A DNA stretch of 63,791 bases, the filler included, from Dicyema japonicum (taxonomy: Eukaryota > Animalia > Dicyemida), in assembly GCA_011109175.1 (NCBI GenBank). It is 9 parts of 9 records of this genome, joined end to end, with 100 filler letters (N's around TTAATTAATTAA, not from the genome) between each part and the next. Parts side by side here need not be neighbours in the genome. Positions count along the whole stretch, not along the records: positions 57,470 to 61,954 come from RDEW01000242.1; positions 62,055 to 63,791 come from RDEW01000247.1; 7 more parts are not named here. One strand, given 5' to 3'. Of this stretch, positions 59,291-63,791 are shown in pieces. Under the pieces are notes generated by a model. The model was given only the letters and a program-made list of their open reading frames with translations. It ran no database searches and had not been told where the DNA came from. Numbering within the stretch: position 1 is the stretch's first letter; each line of letters starts with the position of its first letter. The position numbers and the translations under genes were made by a program.

Positions 59291-60456
59291 TTCATTAAAA
59301 AGGATAACATAATTTATCTAGGACTTTTTTCAAAATGATTGCGACATTTGAGAAAACCCGCATAAATAACTTGCTTCCATTCGTCGAGAGATAAATCAGA
59401 GGAATCATAAGTGGAGTCGTAGTCCAAAAGGATAGGCTAAAATAAATTTAAAAAATNNNNNNNNNNNNNNNNNNNNNNNNNNNNNNNNNNNNNNNNNNNN
59501 NNNNNNNNNNNNNNNNNNNNNNNNNNNNNNNNNNNNNNNNNNNNNNNNNNNNNNNNNNNNNNNNNNNNNNNNNNNNNNNNNNNNNNNNNNNNNNNNNNNN
59601 NNNNNNNNNNNNNNNNNNNNNNNNNNNNNNNNNNNNNNNNNNNNNNNNNNNNNNNNNNNNNNNNNNNNNNNNNNNNNNNNNNNNNNNNNNNNNNNNNNNN
59701 NNNNNNNNNNNNNNNNNNNNNNNNNNNNNNNNNNNNNNNNNNNNNNNNNNNNNNNNNNNNNNNNNNNNNNNNNNNNNNNNNNNNNNNNNNNNNNNNNNNN
59801 NNNNNNNNNNNNNNNNNNNNNNNNNNNNNNNNNNNNNNNNNNNNNNNNNNNNNNNNNNNNNNNNNNNNNNNNNNNNNNNNNNNNNNNNNNNNNNNNNNNN
59901 NNNNNNNNNNNNNNNNNNNNNNNNNNNNNNNNNNNNNNNNNNNNNNNNNNNNNNNNNNNNNNNNNNNNNNNNNNNNNNNNNNNNNNNNNNNNNNNNNNNN
60001 NNNNNNNNNNNNNNNNNNNNNNNNNNNNNNNNNNNNNNNNNNNNNNNNNNNNNNNNNNNNNNNNNNNNNNNNNNNNNNNNNNNNNNNNNNNNNNNNNNNN
60101 NNNNNNNNNNNNNNNNNNNNNNNNNNNNNNNNNNNNNNNNNNNNNNNNNNNNNNNNNNNNNNNNNNNNNNNNNNNNNNNNNNNNNNNNNNNNNNNNNNNN
60201 NNNNNNNNNNNNNNNNNNNNNNNNNNNNNNNNNNNNNNNNNNNNNNNNNNNNNNNNNNNNNNNNNNNNNNNNNNNNNNNNNNNNNNNNNNNNNNNNNNNN
60301 NNNNNNNNNNNNNNNNNNNNNNNNNNNNNNNNNNNNNNNNNNNNNNNNNNNNNNNNNNNNNNNNNNNNNNNNNNNNNNNNNNNNNNNNNNNNNNNNNNNN
60401 NNNNNNNNNNNNNNNNNNNNNNNNNNNNNNNNNNNNNNNNNNNNNNNNNNNNNNNN

Positions 60457-60540
60457 AAACGACCCGCACTCATCTTGCATGACAAGGGATGATAACCAAA
60501 AGGATCGATCCAACTTAGAAATTTCATTTTTTCATTAAAT
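60457..60540 (-). mobile_element. CRE-like zinc-knuckle fragment
   Basis: DPFGYHPLSCKMSAGR matches CRE D..G.H.LSC..SAGR. Confidence 0.55.
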
Positions 60541-62339
60541 TTCAACTTTTTTATTTTTTTCAAAACACCACTTAATAGTTAGTTGATGTTATTTTTTACA
60601 ACAATTTATTAACAAAAGTAAGAGTTTTCTGGGGGTATTACATCTAAGTCCTACAATAAGGCTTGGACTCCACACCTGGAATCTTCTTCCTTTTTTAATT
60701 TTTTTCAAAAAGTTTTTTCCAGTTTTATGTATGTGTCCTGGATCTTTGATCTTCTCCTGAAACCATTGATTTGATCCTCCACAATCCTGCTAATTGGTAC
60801 TAGTAGCTTGTTTTCGTTCTCCCTTAGACAGTCAGTCAGTTTCTTGTTTAAGGAGAGCTTAATCTCAACTCTCCTTATTTTGTCTATGAGGGATAAGATC
60901 TTCTCCCTCTTCGGATAGAAGAACCATCCCTTTGGTCTTTTCATCAATTATAATCATTCCAGAGTTGTCCCAGACTGAAAATCAGGTCCATAGTAACGAC
61001 ACATATGGATAGTTTGGATCGTTCCAGGTCTCGTGCGAGCTGAAGTTTTTTATACATAGGATTGAGTTCTCTTAGGGTACCAGACCGGACTGGAAGATAT
61101 CAAACGTGAAAAGACATTTGTGCAAGAGAGGCACGTCACCCCTAACTCGCCTTTCTGAGAGTGAATAAGGGATTATTGTGAGAACCTCGAATGATTGTGT
61201 CTTTTACTCTCTTGTTAGGGGGCAATGGCCTAGGTTTCCTGTGTCTCTGAAAAGAGCCAGGAAACCCATTTTGGGAAAGGGTGTTCCATGAAAAGGATCG
61301 TGATCAGAATGACACATCAATCTAGTTCCTCTGCAGCAATTCGAAAAGACACTTTCGGATTCCAATTGGATCGCTTGTGAACAACTCAAGGAGAGTTTGG
61401 GAGTTATCAAAGGCTGATTACCTAATTAGTTGGTTTTGACAGTTTAATAAAATCACGGAAACTCGATGGAGACTGTTTGGATAAACTCGAAAACCCAAGT
61501 TAACGTGGCCATGGAGAACTTTTCTCCTCAGTTCCATTTTTGGACTTCCACCTTTACCACTCACAGTTTAAAGACTTCTACTCGAACTAGTGTAGTAACT
61601 CCTAATACAACCTTGAAAATCCTTATACAACCTCACACTCTCAGGACTTCCACTAATGTAGTAAATCCTAATACAGCTGTCTCCTTCGGTGGCAAGTGCC
61701 TTCTGGGAAGATTTGGACTGATTGTTTTGGCCCTATAAAAGATTAGATTGATTAAAAGAGCTCTCCCGTACATAAACAAGTGGAGGAGTAGGATGACGGG
61801 AAGTAGAATTATTTTCTTGGGTTCCACCTCCTTCTTCTTGACATAACGAAAGTGGATTAATGATAAACTATACACGCAGTTTCTGACAGATGATTCCTTA
61901 AGTTCTTTCAAATCTGGCCTGCTAGTTTTATCTTGGATATTTCCCCCACTCGACNNNNNNNNNNNNNNNNNNNNNNNNNNNNNNNNNNNNNNNNNNNNTT
62001 AATTAATTAANNNNNNNNNNNNNNNNNNNNNNNNNNNNNNNNNNNNNNNNNNNNATTCAAAGCCTCTTAATACTCTTGGTGACTTCGCACGCCCAATTAT
62101 AAGCGGTTTATATTTTTCTCCTGTGTAGCTGCAACACAAAAGAAGTATCATCGACTTTCAATTATTTGCTTGCTAACTTACCAGGTTTAATAAATTTCAA
62201 ATTATTATAGAAATGTATTAATGAATCGTTTGTGATAATATAAAATTTTTCCCCAGTAGGGGGTTTATTTCTTAAAAAATCATCGTATTTTATAGGGATG
62301 GCAAAAGTATTTCTCTAAAAGCAAAGTTTTCTCCAAAAA

Positions 62340-62388
62340 AGAGGGTTTCCCCGCTACTTGGGTTTCCGCAATTCGGGGTCGCACTGTA
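62340..62388. mobile_element. pogo/Tc1-type terminal inverted repeat end with TA
   Basis: Minus strand TA|CAGTGCGACCCCGAATTGCGGAAACCC; partner end not in this contig. Confidence 0.45.
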
Positions 62389-62966
62389 TATATAACAACC
62401 GTTTGTGTAATTGGTGTAATAATGGCTGTGGCTTGCATAATAAAATATAAAATTACAGATTGTCCATTACAGATTGGCGTGTTCAATTATTAATATTATT
62501 CATTGTAATGACTTGACATGTTTGACTGATTCTATCAGTGATTAAGTTAGATTTGACTAATTATATCAGTAGAATGAGTAGTTATGATTAAATTAGACTG
62601 AGTAGTTTGCCTTTCTGAGAAATATGCTGACATATATTTAAGTGCATCCAGTGTCTACTGGGCAAACGCAAAGACAAATCCAAATCACAGATAAACCAAA
62701 GAATGGTTCATAGAAGAGGGTTCCTTTTTGATGCCATCTTACACTGAATGTCTCCTTAGAAAGGTGGATAACATGACGTCACGTTAATGGAATAATTGAT
62801 AAACGGACGATAAAACCCAACTAGCATAGGCCGCCGGGGGTCGAACCCAGAAATCAATTTTATGTATTTTTAATATAATTTATATATTTTAAATTATTAA
62901 ATATTTTAAATTATTAAATAATAAATTTGAATTAAGTTACTACTAGCAATATTTGTGAGATTTTGT

Positions 62967-63791
62967 ATGGAAAAGAAAACAAATAAAAGTAGAAGCCCAG
63001 TTACAAAAAAATCACAAATATTAATGAATAAAAAATCGACTTTATTAAATAAAAACAAAAGTAACTTATTTTAATTTTATTTAGAAATACCAATTCCAAA
63101 GGAAATAACACACAAAGTTTTAGGGACACAATTAATCGAAAAAGAAAATACAATATCGGATAATGAGTATGAAAGTGACTTCCAGGTAACCTCTAATTTA
63201 TTTGAAAGTGATTTTCAGGAGGAAAATGAAGAAGTTCAAAAATCAAGTCTCAACATTACTAAAAGTGAATTTGAAGAAAACTATAAAATTATTAATTTTA
63301 ATTTGAATATTAATAAATCGGTAAATTCTCTATATAAACAAAAATAGATTTCAAAGCAAATGAAAAAGTTTAATGATTTAAAAAATATAATAAAATTTGA
63401 ATACTCTCTTCCATTTGAGATGATAAATCGCCCGCCATTAGAAGTCTATGATTTATTCATGAATAGATTCGCCAACAAAAATAATGTAAATTAAATAATT
63501 ATAAATAATAAATAATTTATAATTAATTAAAAATAGGTCGGATCACAAAGTAATGAAGATTCAGTGGAAACTGAGACTCAAACACAACCTATAAATAAAG
63601 AAGACACGTGGACTCAACATCCAAGCATATTTCTGAACTCAAGCGACTGTTGTATGTCCTTGAATTACATAAAATAGCAAAAAACACCAAAATGCGGGAA
63701 AATGACGATAAGCTCAGACTTTTTGTCGAAAAAGCCGGAAAGATGATAATTTCGATTCTCAACGAAGAAAAGAGGCATTTTGTTGGAAGTA
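62967..63791 (+). CDS. DYNC2I1: Dynein-2 intermediate chain WDR60, 5' part (runs off the window)
   Basis: Spliced ORF from ATG 62967 (first intron 63061-63084, 24 nt): EYESDFQ|EE, MINRPPLEVYDLFMNRFANKNN|VGSQSNEDSVETETQTQPINKEDTWTQHP, LRLFVEKAGKMIISILNEE. Compare WDR60 LPPVNEYDMYIRNFG..AYVQCNEDNVERDIQTEEI...VWTQHP...LCSFLRAACQVMAVLLEE. Confidence 0.85.

Larger units (their letters stand above)
20767..62054. other. Eight artificial 100-bp scaffold spacers (44N-TTAATTAATTAA-44N)
   Basis: Identical structure at 20767, 30714, 34424, 47377, 51953, 53743, 57370 and 61955. TTAATTAATTAA is a stop in all six frames. Confidence 0.95.

Noticed and set aside
39401-60563. Long ORFs in the track made mostly of X
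   Set aside because: Artefacts of translating N gaps.

Overview
AT-rich eukaryotic (metazoan) genomic scaffold in the standard genetic code. It is densely littered with decayed transposable elements and holds a few compact host genes whose introns are mostly 22-35 nt GT-AG. Genes recognised by manual splicing and motif recall: IWS1, ARP5/ACTR5, a Bro1-V-domain HD-PTP/PTPN23-like protein with no phosphatase domain, a cathepsin-propeptide (I29)-only gene, the 5' half of an L-type (CaV1) calcium channel alpha1, an FMNL/DAAM-type formin head-to-head with it, an orphan with a C-terminal Cys cluster, and the 5' part of WDR60/DYNC2I1. Tiny introns, a metazoan CaV1 and a ciliary dynein-2 gene together suggest a reduced ciliated animal such as a dicyemid; this is inference only. 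Mobile DNA includes RTE, CRE-like, R4-like and APE-RT LINEs, a tRNA-derived SINE family carrying the 3' tail of the resident RTE, and hAT, pogo, IS630/Tc1, Merlin and a TGT...ACA TIR element. The most striking observation is that the Merlin and IS630/Tc1 transposase genes are split by at least six host-sized (24-31 nt) spliceosomal introns, mostly at phase-1 glycine codons. Caveats: eight 100-bp spacers (44N-TTAATTAATTAA-44N) divide the window into nine pieces of unproven adjacency, and many single-N joins are flanked by duplicated contig ends. No database searches were run; family calls rest on remembered motifs.
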